A stretch of 64,000 nt of DNA from Escherichia coli. Lineage in GTDB: Bacteria; Pseudomonadota; Gammaproteobacteria; Enterobacterales; Enterobacteriaceae. The translations under genes were made by a program, and so were the position numbers. Of this stretch, positions 1 to 11,755 are shown piece by piece. The stretch lies in assembly GCF_003790525.1 (NCBI RefSeq), contig NZ_CP033635.1, one strand, 5' to 3'. The number at the start of each line of letters is the position of its first letter. The stretch's first letter is position 1. The notes under the pieces are model-generated. The model had not been told where the DNA came from, did no database searches, and worked only from the letters and a program-made list of their open reading frames with translations.

Positions 1-809
<809 letters not shown>

Positions 810-826
810 TAGGCCAGCACCATACC

Positions 827-854
827 TGATAAAACGCTCGCTGCGTTTTATCAG
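827..854. terminator. Bidirectional hairpin between convergent dtpD and phr
   Basis: Inverted repeat CTGATAAAACG...CGTTTTATCAG between the two stop codons. Confidence 0.6.
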
Positions 855-2269
855 GCTCCTTTCCTCGCTTCTTCGTACGCTGCCAGCGTTCGCAGCCTTG
901 CCTCTTTGTGATCAACTATCGGTTGCGGATAATCCAGCGTCACACCTGCTTTCTGCGCCCACTTCCACGGCTCATGCACCACTTTCCCTGGCACATCGCG
1001 CAGTTCCGGTAGCCACTGGCGGATAAACTCGCCTTCGCGGTCAAATTTCTCGCCCTGGGTTGTCGGGTTAAAAATACGAAAATACGGCGCTGCATCGGTT
1101 CCGGTTGAAGCGGCCCACTGCCAGCCACCGTTATTGGCTGCCAAATCACCATCAATCAGCTGCGACATGAAATATCGCTCACCTTCGCGCCAGTCGATCA
1201 ATAAATCTTTCACCAAAAAACTGGCTGTAATCATCCGTAGCCGGTTATGCATCCAGCCAGTGCTGTTAAGCTGACGCATGGCAGCATCAACAATCGGGTA
1301 TCCCGTTTTGCCTTCCTGCCAGGCCTTTAAATGCGCGGAATTGCTCTGCCACTGCACGCGGTCGGTCCAGACAATAAACGGACGATGTTTACACAGCGAG
1401 GGGTAATACGTTATCAGATGACGGTAAAACTCGCGCCAGATCAGCTCATTAAGCCAGATACTACCGGCCCCACCGTCCAGCGCCTGCGGCTGTTCCGCCA
1501 ACAGGCGATGCAAACACTGGCGAGGCGATAACCCGCCCGTTGCCAGGCTGGCGGACAAACGGCTGGTGCCTTCTACCGCAGGGAAATCTCGCTGTTGCTC
1601 ATACTCTCCGGCACCGTTCTGGCAAAACTGGCGTAATTGCGCAATCGCCGCTTTCTCTTCCACCGGGAAATGCGCAGTATCGAAAGGCTGACGAGGATAA
1701 TTCAGCGTAATGGATGGCGCGGGATCTATCGATCCGCTACTACGTACTTTTGGCGCAGCGACGCACTCCGGCATCCCTTCTCGCAGCCGTTTAAGCCAGG
1801 CGTTTTTAAATGGCGTAAAGACTTTGTACATCTCATGATTGCCAGTCATCACCGCCCCCGGCGGCAGGATCACGCCGTCGTCAAATCCTTCACACACCAC
1901 GTTACGCAGCGCCCTCTCAGCCTGCACATCCCGCGCCCGCTCATTCACCTCATACTGATAGTTATAAAACAGATGGGTAACACGATTTTCCGCGCACACC
2001 TGTTTAACTATTTCGACGCTGGCGGCAAAGTCATCCACTTCATGAAACAGCAAAGGAATGCCTTTTTCCGCCAGCGCGATTTGTAGCCCGTTCAGTTGTG
2101 CATTGATAAATTCAGCCTGACGCGGCGACATATTATGCGCCGCCCACTGGCGTGGGGTAGCGATATACAACGCCAGCACGCGCACAGACGAATTGCGGCA
2201 GGCGGCAGCCAGCGCGAGATTATCGTGCTGACGTAAATCCTGGCGAAACCAGACCAGATGGGTAGTCAT
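851..2269 (-). CDS. phr: Deoxyribodipyrimidine photolyase
   Basis: 472 aa ORF, N-terminus MTTHLVWFRQDLR, photolyase/FAD-binding C-terminal region; start overlaps ybgA stop (ATGA). Confidence 0.95.
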   Translation of the reverse strand: MTTHLVWFRQDLRQHDNLALAAACRNSSVRVLALYIATPRQWAAHNMSPRQAEFINAQLNGLQIALAEKGIPLLFHEVDDFAASVEIVKQVCAENRVTHLFYNYQYEVNERARDVQAERALRNVVCEGFDDGVILPPGAVMTGNHEMYKVFTPFKNAWLKRLREGMPECVAAPKVRSSGSIDPAPSITLNYPRQPFDTAHFPVEEKAAIAQLRQFCQNGAGEYEQQRDFPAVEGTSRLSASLATGGLSPRQCLHRLLAEQPQALDGGAGSIWLNELIWREFYRHLITYYPSLCKHRPFIVWTDRVQWQSNSAHLKAWQEGKTGYPIVDAAMRQLNSTGWMHNRLRMITASFLVKDLLIDWREGERYFMSQLIDGDLAANNGGWQWAASTGTDAAPYFRIFNPTTQGEKFDREGEFIRQWLPELRDVPGKVVHEPWKWAQKAGVTLDYPQPIVDHKEARLRTLAAYEEARKGA

Positions 2270-2775
2270 AAAACTCCTGAATGGCGCAAGTTAATCACAC
2301 ACGGCCAAAGTTCGAAATAACGCTGCACTGAAAGCCAGGCGTCAGGATAAAGCGCCATATAGTGTTTGATACGCATCAGCGGCGCAAGAAGTGGTTGCTC
2401 GCCACGGCGATAACTGTCGATAAGCGCAGCCAGCTGCTGGCGTTCTGTGGAATCAATATGAGGGCGAAAATAACCCTGAACGTGCATCAAAACGTTAGTA
2501 TGATCACGCCGGTTGGCAGGGTGAGAAAGCAAAACAATTACGCGTTGGCGGTACTGGTTGTAATAGTCATCCAGATTTTGCCACTGGTGAATATCAGCCA
2601 CAAACGGGCCAAGTTTGCGGTACTCGGGCTGGGAATGGGCCAGAAAGACGAGTTTATAGCGGCTGTGATAATCGAGAAGCGCCCCGCGCGTTAGTCCTCG
2701 ATCTTTGAGATTGTGTAACTCATGCAAAGCAAAAATGCGGATAAGGGTGCTGTCATCAAAAAGTTGTTGATTCAT
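2266..2775 (-). CDS. ybgA: DUF1722 protein YbgA, co-transcribed with phr
   Basis: 169 aa ORF matching E. coli YbgA; 4-bp overlap with phr start. Confidence 0.9.
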   Translation of the reverse strand: MNQQLFDDSTLIRIFALHELHNLKDRGLTRGALLDYHSRYKLVFLAHSQPEYRKLGPFVADIHQWQNLDDYYNQYRQRVIVLLSHPANRRDHTNVLMHVQGYFRPHIDSTERQQLAALIDSYRRGEQPLLAPLMRIKHYMALYPDAWLSVQRYFELWPCVINLRHSGVL

Positions 2776-2823
2776 TACTGCTCCTGAACGGTTTACAGGA
2801 GTAAGTGTAGACGCCGAAAAAAG

Positions 2824-2854
2824 AAAACCGCCAGCGTTTCCGCTGGCGGTTTTC
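2824..2854. terminator. Rho-independent terminator downstream of ybfA (hairpin flanked by A-run and T-run)
   Basis: AAAACCGCCAGCGTTTCCGCTGGCGGTTTTC: perfect 9-bp stem CCGCCAGCG/CGCTGGCGG with flanking A/T runs. Confidence 0.7.
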
Positions 2855-2875
2855 TTTGAACGTAATATTTAGCAA

Positions 2876-3082
2876 TCAGTAAAAATCACCCGTTGCCTTT
2901 TCGGCCTGATCCATCCACACCGGTTTCTCGCTGGTTTTCGACCAGACGCGGTGCAGGTAGCTGTAAAAGCGGGCGCGGTCTTTCCAGAAAAGCATGAAAG
3001 GCAGCGCCAGAACGCCCGCTGCAACCGCATAAGTACGGCGTAAAAAGATAAGCCATGCAGGATATTCTCTGTAGAGTTCCAT
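2876..3082 (-). CDS. ybfA: Small DUF2517 protein YbfA
   Basis: 68 aa [19 protein letters not shown]..., divergent from kdp promoter as in E. coli. Confidence 0.85.
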   Translation of the reverse strand: MELYREYPAWLIFLRRTYAVAAGVLALPFMLFWKDRARFYSYLHRVWSKTSEKPVWMDQAEKATGDFY

Positions 3083-3294
3083 ACTTTTCTCCCCCTTTTG
3101 TATCTACCCGGTGAATGGCACCGGAAAAATGAATTTGTTTATCTGATGAAAATAGTACCGCCTTTTGTGTAATTTTACTACTCATCCGACCACTTATTTT
3201 TGTTTATTGATGGTTTATTTACATTCACTGTGTAATTAAGTTACACAAAAGTTAAATTAATACTAACCATTAGTTAAATCATGGCTTTTGCCAT

Positions 3295-3321
3295 TTTTAT
3301 ACTTTTTTTACACCCCGCCCG
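3295..3321 (+). promoter_or_regulatory. KdpE response-regulator binding site upstream of kdpFABC promoter
   Basis: TTTTTATACTTTTTTTACACCCCGCCCG, matches the T-rich/CCCCGCCC KdpE operator known from E. coli. Confidence 0.65.
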
Positions 3322-3328
3322 CAGATTT

Positions 3329-3360
3329 TTGCGAAATCTTTGCAGCCAGAATTCTACCCT
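3329..3360 (+). promoter_or_regulatory. Probable kdpFABC core promoter (TTGCGA ... TACCCT)
   Basis: -35-like TTGCGA and -10-like TACCCT downstream of KdpE site, about 35 bp upstream of kdpF GTG; exact spacing uncertain. Confidence 0.4.
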
Positions 3361-3394
3361 TCCGATATCACTTTTAGGCCACTGGAGGTGCACT

Positions 3395-3484
3395 GTGAGT
3401 GCAGGCGTGATAGCCGGCGTGTTGCTGGTGTTTTTATTACTGGGTTATCTGGTTTATGCCCTGATCAATGCGGAGGCGTTCTGA
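3395..3484 (+). CDS. kdpF: KdpF, 29-aa membrane subunit of Kdp K+-ATPase (GTG start)
   Basis: GTG AGT GCA GGC... encodes [29 protein letters not shown]; stop TGA overlaps kdpA ATG; too short for ORF track. Confidence 0.85.
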   Translation: MSAGVIAGVLLVFLLLGYLVYALINAEAF

Positions 3485-5157
3485 TGGCTGCGCAAGGGTT
3501 CTTACTGATTGCCACGTTTTTACTGGTGTTAATGGTGCTGGCACGTCCTTTAGGCAGCGGGCTGGCGCGGCTGATTAATGATATTCCTCTTCCTGGCACG
3601 ACGGGCGTTGAACGCGTACTCTTTAGCGCGCTTGGCGTCTCTGACCGCGAGATGAACTGGAAGCAGTATCTCTCTGCCATTCTCGGCCTGAACATGCTGG
3701 GGCTGGCGGTGCTGTTTTTTATGTTGCTCGGTCAGCACTATCTGCCGCTTAATCCACAGCAGTTGCCAGGGCTGTCATGGGATCTGGCGCTGAATACCGC
3801 CGTCAGCTTTGTCACCAATACCAACTGGCAATCTTATAGCGGTGAAACCACGTTGAGCTATTTCAGCCAGATGGCGGGCTTAACGGTGCAAAACTTTCTT
3901 TCTGCCGCCAGCGGGATTGCGGTGATTTTTGCCTTCATCCGTGCATTTACCCGCCAGAGCATGAGCACACTCGGGAATGCCTGGGTCGATCTGCTACGCA
4001 TCACGTTATGGGTGCTAGTCCCTGTGGCGTTGTTGATCGCACTGTTTTTTATTCAACAAGGTGCGCTGCAAAACTTTCTGCCCTATCAGGCGGTGAATAC
4101 CGTTGAAGGAGCGAAACAGCTGTTACCAATGGGTCCGGTGGCTTCTCAGGAAGCGATCAAGATGCTCGGCACTAACGGTGGTGGCTTCTTTAATGCCAAC
4201 TCGTCGCATCCATTTGAAAACCCAACCACACTGACCAACTTCGTGCAGATGCTGGCGATCTTCTTGATCCCAACAGCGCTGTGCTTTGCCTTTGGTGAAG
4301 TGGCGGGCGATCGCCGCCAGGGGCGCATGTTGCTGTGGGCGATGTCAGTGATTTTTGTCATCTGCGTAGGCGTAGTGATGTGGGCAGAAGTTCAGGGTAA
4401 TCCTCATCTGCTGGCGCTCGGCGCGGACAGCAGCATCAATATGGAAGGTAAAGAGAGCCGTTTCGGCGTGCTGGTCAGTAGCCTGTTTGCGGTCGTGACT
4501 ACGGCGGCTTCCTGCGGCGCGGTGATTGCGATGCATGATTCGTTTACCGCTCTTGGTGGCATGGTGCCGATGTGGTTGATGCAAATTGGTGAAGTGGTAT
4601 TCGGCGGCGTCGGTTCCGGCCTTTACGGCATGATGCTGTTTGTCCTGCTGGCGGTGTTTATTGCCGGGCTGATGATTGGTCGTACACCGGAATATCTGGG
4701 TAAAAAAATCGACGTACGCGAGATGAAACTGACTGCACTGGCGATTCTGGTCACCCCGACGCTGGTGCTGATGGGCGCGGCTCTGGCAATGATGACCGAC
4801 GCCGGACGTAGCGCCATGCTCAACCCTGGCCCGCATGGTTTTAGCGAAGTGCTGTACGCCGTGTCGTCCGCCGCTAACAACAACGGCAGCGCCTTTGCCG
4901 GATTAAGCGCCAACTCTCCGTTCTGGAACTGTTTACTGGCGTTCTGCATGTTTGTCGGTCGCTTCGGGGTGATTATCCCGGTGATGGCGATTGCCGGTTC
5001 GCTGGTGAGTAAAAAGAGCCAGCCCGCCAGCTCCGGTACACTGCCTACGCACGGCCCGCTGTTTGTTGGCCTGTTAATCGGCACCGTGTTGCTGGTTGGC
5101 GCACTGACCTTTATCCCTGCCCTGGCGCTTGGTCCGGTGGCGGAATATCTCTCCTGA
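3484..5157 (+). CDS. kdpA: Kdp K+-transporting ATPase subunit A
   Basis: 557 aa starting [14 protein letters not shown]; polytopic; ORF-track start 3340 is an upstream in-frame extension. Confidence 0.95.
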   Translation: MAAQGFLLIATFLLVLMVLARPLGSGLARLINDIPLPGTTGVERVLFSALGVSDREMNWKQYLSAILGLNMLGLAVLFFMLLGQHYLPLNPQQLPGLSWDLALNTAVSFVTNTNWQSYSGETTLSYFSQMAGLTVQNFLSAASGIAVIFAFIRAFTRQSMSTLGNAWVDLLRITLWVLVPVALLIALFFIQQGALQNFLPYQAVNTVEGAKQLLPMGPVASQEAIKMLGTNGGGFFNANSSHPFENPTTLTNFVQMLAIFLIPTALCFAFGEVAGDRRQGRMLLWAMSVIFVICVGVVMWAEVQGNPHLLALGADSSINMEGKESRFGVLVSSLFAVVTTAASCGAVIAMHDSFTALGGMVPMWLMQIGEVVFGGVGSGLYGMMLFVLLAVFIAGLMIGRTPEYLGKKIDVREMKLTALAILVTPTLVLMGAALAMMTDAGRSAMLNPGPHGFSEVLYAVSSAANNNGSAFAGLSANSPFWNCLLAFCMFVGRFGVIIPVMAIAGSLVSKKSQPASSGTLPTHGPLFVGLLIGTVLLVGALTFIPALALGPVAEYLS

Positions 5158-5179
5158 TGATATTGAGTGAGCACTGAAT

Positions 5180-7228
5180 ATGAGTCGTAAACAACTGGCG
5201 CTATTCGAACCAACACTTGTCGTTCAGGCGCTGAAAGAAGCGGTGAAAAAATTAAACCCGCAGGCGCAATGGCGCAATCCGGTGATGTTTATCGTCTGGA
5301 TCGGCAGTCTGCTGACCACCTTTATTAGCATCGCAATGGCAAGCGGCGCGATGCCTGGCAATGCGCTGTTTAGCGCGGCAATTAGCGCATGGCTGTGGGT
5401 CACCGTACTGTTCGCTAATTTCGCCGAGGCGCTGGCTGAAGGCCGCAGTAAAGCGCAGGCCAACAGTCTGAAAGGTGTAAAAAAAACCGCCTTTGCCCGC
5501 AAGCTGCGTGAGCCGAAATATGGCGCTGCGGCGGACAAAGTACCTGCCGATCAACTGCGTAAAGGCGATATCGTACTGGTAGAAGCTGGCGATATTATCC
5601 CCTGCGATGGTGAAGTTATTGAAGGGGGGGCATCGGTCGATGAAAGCGCCATCACCGGGGAATCGGCACCGGTGATCCGTGAATCCGGCGGCGATTTTGC
5701 CTCCGTCACTGGCGGTACGCGTATTCTTTCTGACTGGCTGGTGATTGAGTGCAGCGTTAACCCCGGCGAGACATTTCTGGATCGGATGATCGCGATGGTG
5801 GAAGGCGCGCAGCGACGCAAAACGCCAAACGAGATTGCCCTGACCATTCTCCTGATTGCCCTGACTATCGTCTTTTTACTGGCAACCGCCACGCTGTGGC
5901 CGTTTTCCGCGTGGGGCGGTAATGCAGTCAGCGTAACGGTACTGGTGGCGCTGCTGGTCTGTCTGATCCCAACGACCATTGGCGGTCTGTTGTCAGCGAT
6001 CGGCGTCGCCGGGATGAGTCGGATGCTGGGCGCGAATGTGATTGCCACCAGCGGACGTGCAGTTGAAGCGGCAGGTGACGTTGACGTTCTGCTACTGGAT
6101 AAAACCGGCACCATCACACTTGGTAACCGTCAGGCGTCGGAGTTTATCCCTGCGCAGGGCGTGGATGAAAAAACGCTGGCTGACGCCGCACAACTGGCTT
6201 CGCTGGCTGATGAAACGCCGGAAGGCCGCAGTATTGTGATCCTCGCCAAGCAGCGTTTTAACCTGCGTGAGCGCGATGTGCAGTCGCTTCACGCCACCTT
6301 TGTACCGTTTACTGCGCAAAGCCGGATGAGCGGGATCAACATCGACAACCGCATGATCCGTAAAGGTTCTGTCGATGCCATTCGCCGCCATGTTGAGGCT
6401 AACGGCGGTCACTTCCCTGCCGACGTCGATCAAAAAGTCGATCAGGTTGCGCGTCAGGGAGCCACGCCGCTGGTGGTGGTGGAAGGTTCTCGTGTGCTGG
6501 GCGTTATTGCGCTGAAAGATATCGTCAAAGGCGGTATTAAAGAGCGCTTCGCCCAACTGCGCAAAATGGGCATTAAAACGGTGATGATTACCGGTGATAA
6601 CCGTCTGACTGCCGCCGCGATAGCTGCGGAAGCGGGTGTCGATGATTTTCTCGCCGAAGCGACACCGGAGGCCAAGCTGGCATTGATTCGTCAGTATCAG
6701 GCGGAAGGCCGTTTGGTGGCGATGACCGGCGACGGCACCAACGATGCTCCGGCGCTGGCGCAGGCAGATGTCGCGGTGGCGATGAACTCTGGTACTCAGG
6801 CGGCGAAAGAAGCGGGCAATATGGTGGATCTCGACTCCAACCCGACCAAGTTGATCGAGGTGGTACATATTGGCAAACAGATGCTGATGACCCGTGGCTC
6901 GCTGACCACCTTCAGCATTGCCAACGATGTGGCGAAATACTTCGCCATTATTCCGGCGGCGTTCGCGGCAACGTATCCGCAGTTAAATGCGCTGAACATC
7001 ATGCGCCTGCATTCGCCCGACTCCGCCATTCTCAGTGCGGTGATTTTCAACGCCTTGATTATCGTCTTTTTGATTCCCCTGGCGTTAAAAGGCGCGAGTT
7101 ATAAACCGCTTACCGCTTCTGCCATGTTGCGCCGTAACTTATGGATTTACGGTCTGGGTGGGCTGCTGGTGCCGTTTATTGGTATCAAAGTCATTGATTT
7201 ACTGCTAACCGTTTGCGGTCTGGTGTGA
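5180..7228 (+). CDS. kdpB: Kdp K+-transporting P-type ATPase subunit B
   Basis: 682 aa; P-type ATPase motifs [17 protein letters not shown]. Confidence 0.95.
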   Translation: MSRKQLALFEPTLVVQALKEAVKKLNPQAQWRNPVMFIVWIGSLLTTFISIAMASGAMPGNALFSAAISAWLWVTVLFANFAEALAEGRSKAQANSLKGVKKTAFARKLREPKYGAAADKVPADQLRKGDIVLVEAGDIIPCDGEVIEGGASVDESAITGESAPVIRESGGDFASVTGGTRILSDWLVIECSVNPGETFLDRMIAMVEGAQRRKTPNEIALTILLIALTIVFLLATATLWPFSAWGGNAVSVTVLVALLVCLIPTTIGGLLSAIGVAGMSRMLGANVIATSGRAVEAAGDVDVLLLDKTGTITLGNRQASEFIPAQGVDEKTLADAAQLASLADETPEGRSIVILAKQRFNLRERDVQSLHATFVPFTAQSRMSGINIDNRMIRKGSVDAIRRHVEANGGHFPADVDQKVDQVARQGATPLVVVEGSRVLGVIALKDIVKGGIKERFAQLRKMGIKTVMITGDNRLTAAAIAAEAGVDDFLAEATPEAKLALIRQYQAEGRLVAMTGDGTNDAPALAQADVAVAMNSGTQAAKEAGNMVDLDSNPTKLIEVVHIGKQMLMTRGSLTTFSIANDVAKYFAIIPAAFAATYPQLNALNIMRLHSPDSAILSAVIFNALIIVFLIPLALKGASYKPLTASAMLRRNLWIYGLGGLLVPFIGIKVIDLLLTVCGLV

Positions 7229-7236
7229 GGTTTACC

Positions 7237-7809
7237 ATGAGTGGATTACGTCCGGCATTATCGACATTTCTCTTTCTGTTATTGATTACTGGCGGCGTTT
7301 ACCCGCTGCTGACCACCGCGCTGGGGCAATGGTGGTTTCCCTGGCAGGCCAACGGTTCGTTGATTCGTGAAGGTGATACGGTGCGCGGTTCGGCATTGAT
7401 CGGGCAGAATTTTACTGGCAACGGCTATTTTCATGGTCGCCCGTCGGCAACGGCAGAAATGCCCTATAATCCACAGGCTTCTGGCGGGAGCAATCTGGCG
7501 GTCAGTAACCCTGAGCTGGATAAACTAATAGCCGCACGCGTTGCTGCATTACGGGCCGCTAACCCGGATGCCAGCGCGAGCGTTCCGGTTGAGCTGGTGA
7601 CGGCATCGGCAAGCGGGCTGGACAATAATATCACCCCGCAAGCGGCGGCATGGCAGATCCCACGCGTGGCGAAAGCGCGTAATCTCAGCGTTGAACAGCT
7701 CACGCAACTGATCGCAAAATACAGCCAACAACCGCTGGTGAACTATATCGGCCAGCCGGTCGTCAACATTGTCGAACTCAATCTGGCGCTGGATAAGCTT
7801 GATGAATAA
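7237..7809 (+). CDS. kdpC: Kdp ATPase subunit C
   Basis: 190 aa from ATG 7237 ([11 protein letters not shown]...); ORF-track start 7213 is an extension; overlaps kdpD start. Confidence 0.9.
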   Translation: MSGLRPALSTFLFLLLITGGVYPLLTTALGQWWFPWQANGSLIREGDTVRGSALIGQNFTGNGYFHGRPSATAEMPYNPQASGGSNLAVSNPELDKLIAARVAALRAANPDASASVPVELVTASASGLDNNITPQAAAWQIPRVAKARNLSVEQLTQLIAKYSQQPLVNYIGQPVVNIVELNLALDKLDE

Positions 7810-10486
7810 CGAACCCTTACGTCCCGACCCCGATCGTCTGCTGGAACAAACTGCCGCGCCGCATCGGGGGAAGCTGAAAGTTTTCTTCGGTGCCTGCGCA
7901 GGCGTCGGGAAGACCTGGGCGATGCTGGCAGAAGCCCAGCGACTGCGGGCGCAAGGGCTGGATATTGTGGTTGGCGTGGTAGAAACCCACGGGCGGAAAG
8001 ATACCGCCGCAATGCTGGAAGGGCTGGCTGTTCTGCCGTTAAAACGCCAGGCGTACCGTGGGCGGCACATCAGCGAGTTTGATCTCGATGCCGCCCTCGC
8101 CCGCCGTCCGGCACTGATCTTAATGGACGAACTGGCGCACAGTAATGCGCCAGGTTCTCGTCATCCCAAACGCTGGCAGGATATTGAAGAACTGCTGGAA
8201 GCTGGCATTGATGTTTTCACTACCGTCAACGTTCAGCATCTGGAAAGTCTGAATGATGTGGTCAGCGGCGTCACCGGAATTCAGGTACGGGAAACCGTGC
8301 CCGATCCTTTTTTTGATGCCGCCGACGACGTAGTACTGGTGGACTTGCCCCCGGACGATCTGCGCCAGCGACTGAAAGAAGGCAAAGTCTATATTGCCGG
8401 GCAGGCGGAGCGCGCCATTGAACATTTTTTTCGTAAAGGTAATCTGATCGCCCTGCGCGAACTGGCACTGCGCCGTACTGCCGATCGCGTTGATGAGCAA
8501 ATGCGCGCCTGGCGGGGGCATCCTGGCGAAGAGAAAGTCTGGCACACGCGCGACGCGATCCTTTTATGCATCGGGCATAACACCGGCAGCGAAAAACTGG
8601 TCCGCGCGGCGGCGCGGCTGGCGTCACGGCTGGGAAGCGTCTGGCACGCGGTGTATGTTGAAACCCCTGCCCTGCACCGCTTACCGGAGAAAAAACGTCG
8701 GGCAATTCTCAGCGCCTTACGTCTGGCGCAGGAGCTGGGCGCAGAGACGGCAACACTTTCTGATCCAGCGGAAGAGAAAGCGGTAGTGCGTTATGCCCGT
8801 GAACATAATCTCGGCAAGATTATTCTCGGTCGCCCAGCCTCGCGCCGCTGGTGGCGTCGGGAAACGTTTGCTGACCGACTGGCGCGAATCGCCCCCGATC
8901 TCGATCAGGTGCTGGTCGCGCTTGATGAACCACCCGCCCGCACGATAAACAACGCGCTGGATAGCCGCTCTTTTAAAGACAAGTGGCGGGTACAGATTCA
9001 GGGATGCGTGGTTGCCGCCGCGTTATGCGCCGTTATCACCTTAATTGCCATGCAGTGGCTGATGGCGTTTGATGCCGCCAACCTGGTGATGCTGTATCTG
9101 CTTGGCGTGGTGATGGTGGCGCTATTTTATGGACGCTGGCCTTCAGTGGTTGCCACCGTCATTAATGTGGTGAGTTTCGATCTCTTTTTTATCGCCCCAC
9201 GCGGCACGCTCGCCGTCTCTGATGTGCAATATCTACTGACCTTCGCGGTGATGTTAACCGTCGGGCTGGTGATCGGGAACCTTACTGCGGGCGTGCGTTA
9301 TCAGGCGCGGGTAGCCCGTTACCGCGAGCAACGCACACGGCACTTATATGAAATGTCGAAAGCTCTGGCTGTGGGCCGCAGTCCGCAGGACATCGCCGCC
9401 ACCAGCGAACAATTTATTGCCTCCACGTTTCATGCCCGCAGTCAGGTGCTGTTACCCGATGACAACGGTAAATTGCAGCCGTTAACACATCCGCAAGGAA
9501 TGACGCCGTGGGACGATGCCATCGCGCAGTGGAGTTTTGATAAAGGCCTGCCTGCGGGCGCGGGCACCGACACGTTACCCGGTGTACCGTACCAGATTTT
9601 GCCGCTAAAAAGCGGCGAGAAAACCTACGGACTGGTGGTGGTGGAACCGGGGAATCTGCGTCAATTGATGATCCCGGAACAGCAGCGCCTGCTGGAGACG
9701 TTTACGCTGTTAGTCGCCAATGCCCTTGAGCGGCTGACGCTGACCGCCAGCGAAGAACAGGCGCGGATGGCAAGCGAACGAGAACAGATCCGCAACGCCC
9801 TGCTGGCGGCACTTTCGCATGATTTACGCACGCCGCTTACGGTGCTGTTCGGTCAGGCAGAAATCTTAACGCTCGATCTGGCAAGCGAAGGATCGCCCCA
9901 CGCCCGCCAGGCCAGCGAGATTCGCCAGCATGTGCTGAACACGACCCGACTGGTGAATAATCTACTGGATATGGCGCGAATTCAGTCCGGCGGCTTTAAT
10001 TTGAAGAAAGAGTGGTTAACGCTGGAAGAAGTGGTCGGCAGCGCGCTGCAAATGCTGGAACCGGGTTTATCGTCGCCCATCAATCTTTCTCTGCCAGAAC
10101 CGCTGACCTTAATCCACGTTGACGGGCCACTGTTTGAACGGGTGCTGATTAATCTGCTGGAGAACGCGGTGAAATACGCGGGTGCGCAGGCCGAAATTGG
10201 TATCGATGCCCACGTTGAGGGCGAAAATCTACAACTGGATGTCTGGGATAATGGCCCCGGTCTTCCACCAGGCCAGGAGCAGACGATTTTCGATAAGTTT
10301 GCTCGTGGAAATAAAGAGTCGGCGGTGCCGGGGGTAGGGCTTGGGCTGGCAATTTGTCGGGCGATTGTGGATGTACACGGCGGCACCATTACCGCGTTCA
10401 ACCGACCGGAAGGTGGTGCCTGTTTTCGTGTTACACTTCCCCAGCAAACTGCCCCTGAACTTGAAGAATTTCATGAGGATATGTGA
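7802..10486 (+). CDS. kdpD: Sensor histidine kinase KdpD
   Basis: 894 aa from [13 protein letters not shown]; Walker-like [10 protein letters not shown]-domain, TM cluster, H-box [12 protein letters not shown]-binding G-boxes. Confidence 0.9.
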   Translation: MNNEPLRPDPDRLLEQTAAPHRGKLKVFFGACAGVGKTWAMLAEAQRLRAQGLDIVVGVVETHGRKDTAAMLEGLAVLPLKRQAYRGRHISEFDLDAALARRPALILMDELAHSNAPGSRHPKRWQDIEELLEAGIDVFTTVNVQHLESLNDVVSGVTGIQVRETVPDPFFDAADDVVLVDLPPDDLRQRLKEGKVYIAGQAERAIEHFFRKGNLIALRELALRRTADRVDEQMRAWRGHPGEEKVWHTRDAILLCIGHNTGSEKLVRAAARLASRLGSVWHAVYVETPALHRLPEKKRRAILSALRLAQELGAETATLSDPAEEKAVVRYAREHNLGKIILGRPASRRWWRRETFADRLARIAPDLDQVLVALDEPPARTINNALDSRSFKDKWRVQIQGCVVAAALCAVITLIAMQWLMAFDAANLVMLYLLGVVMVALFYGRWPSVVATVINVVSFDLFFIAPRGTLAVSDVQYLLTFAVMLTVGLVIGNLTAGVRYQARVARYREQRTRHLYEMSKALAVGRSPQDIAATSEQFIASTFHARSQVLLPDDNGKLQPLTHPQGMTPWDDAIAQWSFDKGLPAGAGTDTLPGVPYQILPLKSGEKTYGLVVVEPGNLRQLMIPEQQRLLETFTLLVANALERLTLTASEEQARMASEREQIRNALLAALSHDLRTPLTVLFGQAEILTLDLASEGSPHARQASEIRQHVLNTTRLVNNLLDMARIQSGGFNLKKEWLTLEEVVGSALQMLEPGLSSPINLSLPEPLTLIHVDGPLFERVLINLLENAVKYAGAQAEIGIDAHVEGENLQLDVWDNGPGLPPGQEQTIFDKFARGNKESAVPGVGLGLAICRAIVDVHGGTITAFNRPEGGACFRVTLPQQTAPELEEFHEDM

Positions 10487-11160
10487 CAAACGTTCTGATT
10501 GTTGAAGATGAACAGGCTATTCGTCGCTTTCTGCGCACGGCGCTGGAGGGCGACGGGATGCGCGTCTTTGAGGCCGAAACGCTGCAACGCGGCTTGCTGG
10601 AAGCGGCAACCCGTAAGCCAGATTTGATTATTCTCGATCTCGGCCTGCCCGATGGTGATGGGATTGAGTTTATCCGCGACCTGCGCCAGTGGAGCGCGGT
10701 GCCGGTGATTGTGCTTTCCGCACGCAGCGAAGAGAGCGACAAAATCGCCGCACTGGATGCCGGAGCGGATGATTACCTGAGTAAGCCGTTTGGCATTGGC
10801 GAATTGCAGGCCCGTCTGCGCGTCGCTTTACGCCGCCACTCCGCCACCACCGCGCCCGATCCGCTGGTGAAATTTTCCGATGTGACCGTCGATTTAGCCG
10901 CCCGCGTGATTCACCGGGGTGAGGAAGAGGTGCATCTCACGCCGATTGAATTCCGCCTGCTGGCCGTGCTGCTCAACAACGCCGGAAAAGTGCTCACCCA
11001 GCGCCAGTTACTCAATCAGGTGTGGGGACCAAACGCGGTCGAACACAGTCATTATTTGCGTATTTATATGGGGCATCTGCGACAAAAACTGGAGCAAGAT
11101 CCCGCCCGCCCCCGCCATTTCATTACTGAAACCGGTATTGGGTATCGGTTTATGCTTTGA
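10483..11160 (+). CDS. kdpE: Response regulator KdpE (OmpR family)
   Basis: 225 aa; receiver domain DLIILDLGLPDGDG; winged-helix C-terminus; ATGA overlap with kdpD. Confidence 0.95.
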   Translation: MTNVLIVEDEQAIRRFLRTALEGDGMRVFEAETLQRGLLEAATRKPDLIILDLGLPDGDGIEFIRDLRQWSAVPVIVLSARSEESDKIAALDAGADDYLSKPFGIGELQARLRVALRRHSATTAPDPLVKFSDVTVDLAARVIHRGEEEVHLTPIEFRLLAVLLNNAGKVLTQRQLLNQVWGPNAVEHSHYLRIYMGHLRQKLEQDPARPRHFITETGIGYRFML

Positions 11161-11195
11161 ATATTAATTTTAATACATCCTGCCTTTTATTAATT

Positions 11196-11226
11196 AAAGC
11201 CGTAATAATAAATACGGCTTTTTATC
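11196..11226 (+). terminator. kdpE rho-independent terminator
   Basis: AGCCGTA-ataataaa-TACGGCT hairpin followed by TTTTTA. Confidence 0.65.
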
Positions 11227-11393
11227 TTAAACAACACACAAAAATAACAATTCAATATTTTATATTACTGAGTAAAAAGTTCATCATTAAATAAATTAAG
11301 ATTGATCATTTTTTATTGATCACCTTCACAGTTCAACAGTATTTCCTGGATAGAATACCTTCACCTTCATTCACATCAGGAAAGGTAAATTAA

Positions 11394-11498
11394 ATGGAAA
11401 ATAACAGCCGCACTATGCCCCATATAAGGCGGACAACTCATATTATGAAGTTTGCTCATCGCAATAGCTTCGACTTTCACTTCTTCAATGCCCGTTAG
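11394..11498 (+). CDS. speFL: SpeFL ornithine-sensing ribosome-arrest leader peptide (34 aa)
   Basis: ATG GAA AAT AAC AGC CGC... encodes MENNSRTMPHIRRTTHIMKFAHRNSFDFHFFNAR-stop, about 255 nt upstream of speF; below ORF-track size cutoff. Confidence 0.85.
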   Translation: MENNSRTMPHIRRTTHIMKFAHRNSFDFHFFNAR

Positions 11499-11755
11499 TC
11501 TACCGACTAAGGGCACTTCAGCGTACAGGTCTTCCTGACTCTCTGTATTACAGGCATATGCCTGTATTCCGCAGTGCTCATTCTCTGTTAACCCTTGTAT
11601 TATCAGCCACCGGACTGATAAGGGTTTCTGCATTCTGAAAAAAGCAAACTTCTGATTAATTTATCAGCGGGGTAACTTTGCTTTTTTTCCGGCACGATCG
11701 ATTTCTCATTCGAGAAATTGAGGACCTGCTATTACCAAAAATAAAGAGTTGGAAA

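Noticed and set aside
3281-3484. 67-aa ORF reported by the track upstream of kdpA
   Set aside because: Only the last 29 codons, from GTG 3395, correspond to KdpF; the upstream extension overlaps the kdp promoter and KdpE site.
6092-6868. 258-aa ORF on the minus strand, plus other minus-strand ORFs inside kdpA/kdpB/kdpD
   Set aside because: Antisense shadow frames inside well-supported kdp genes.
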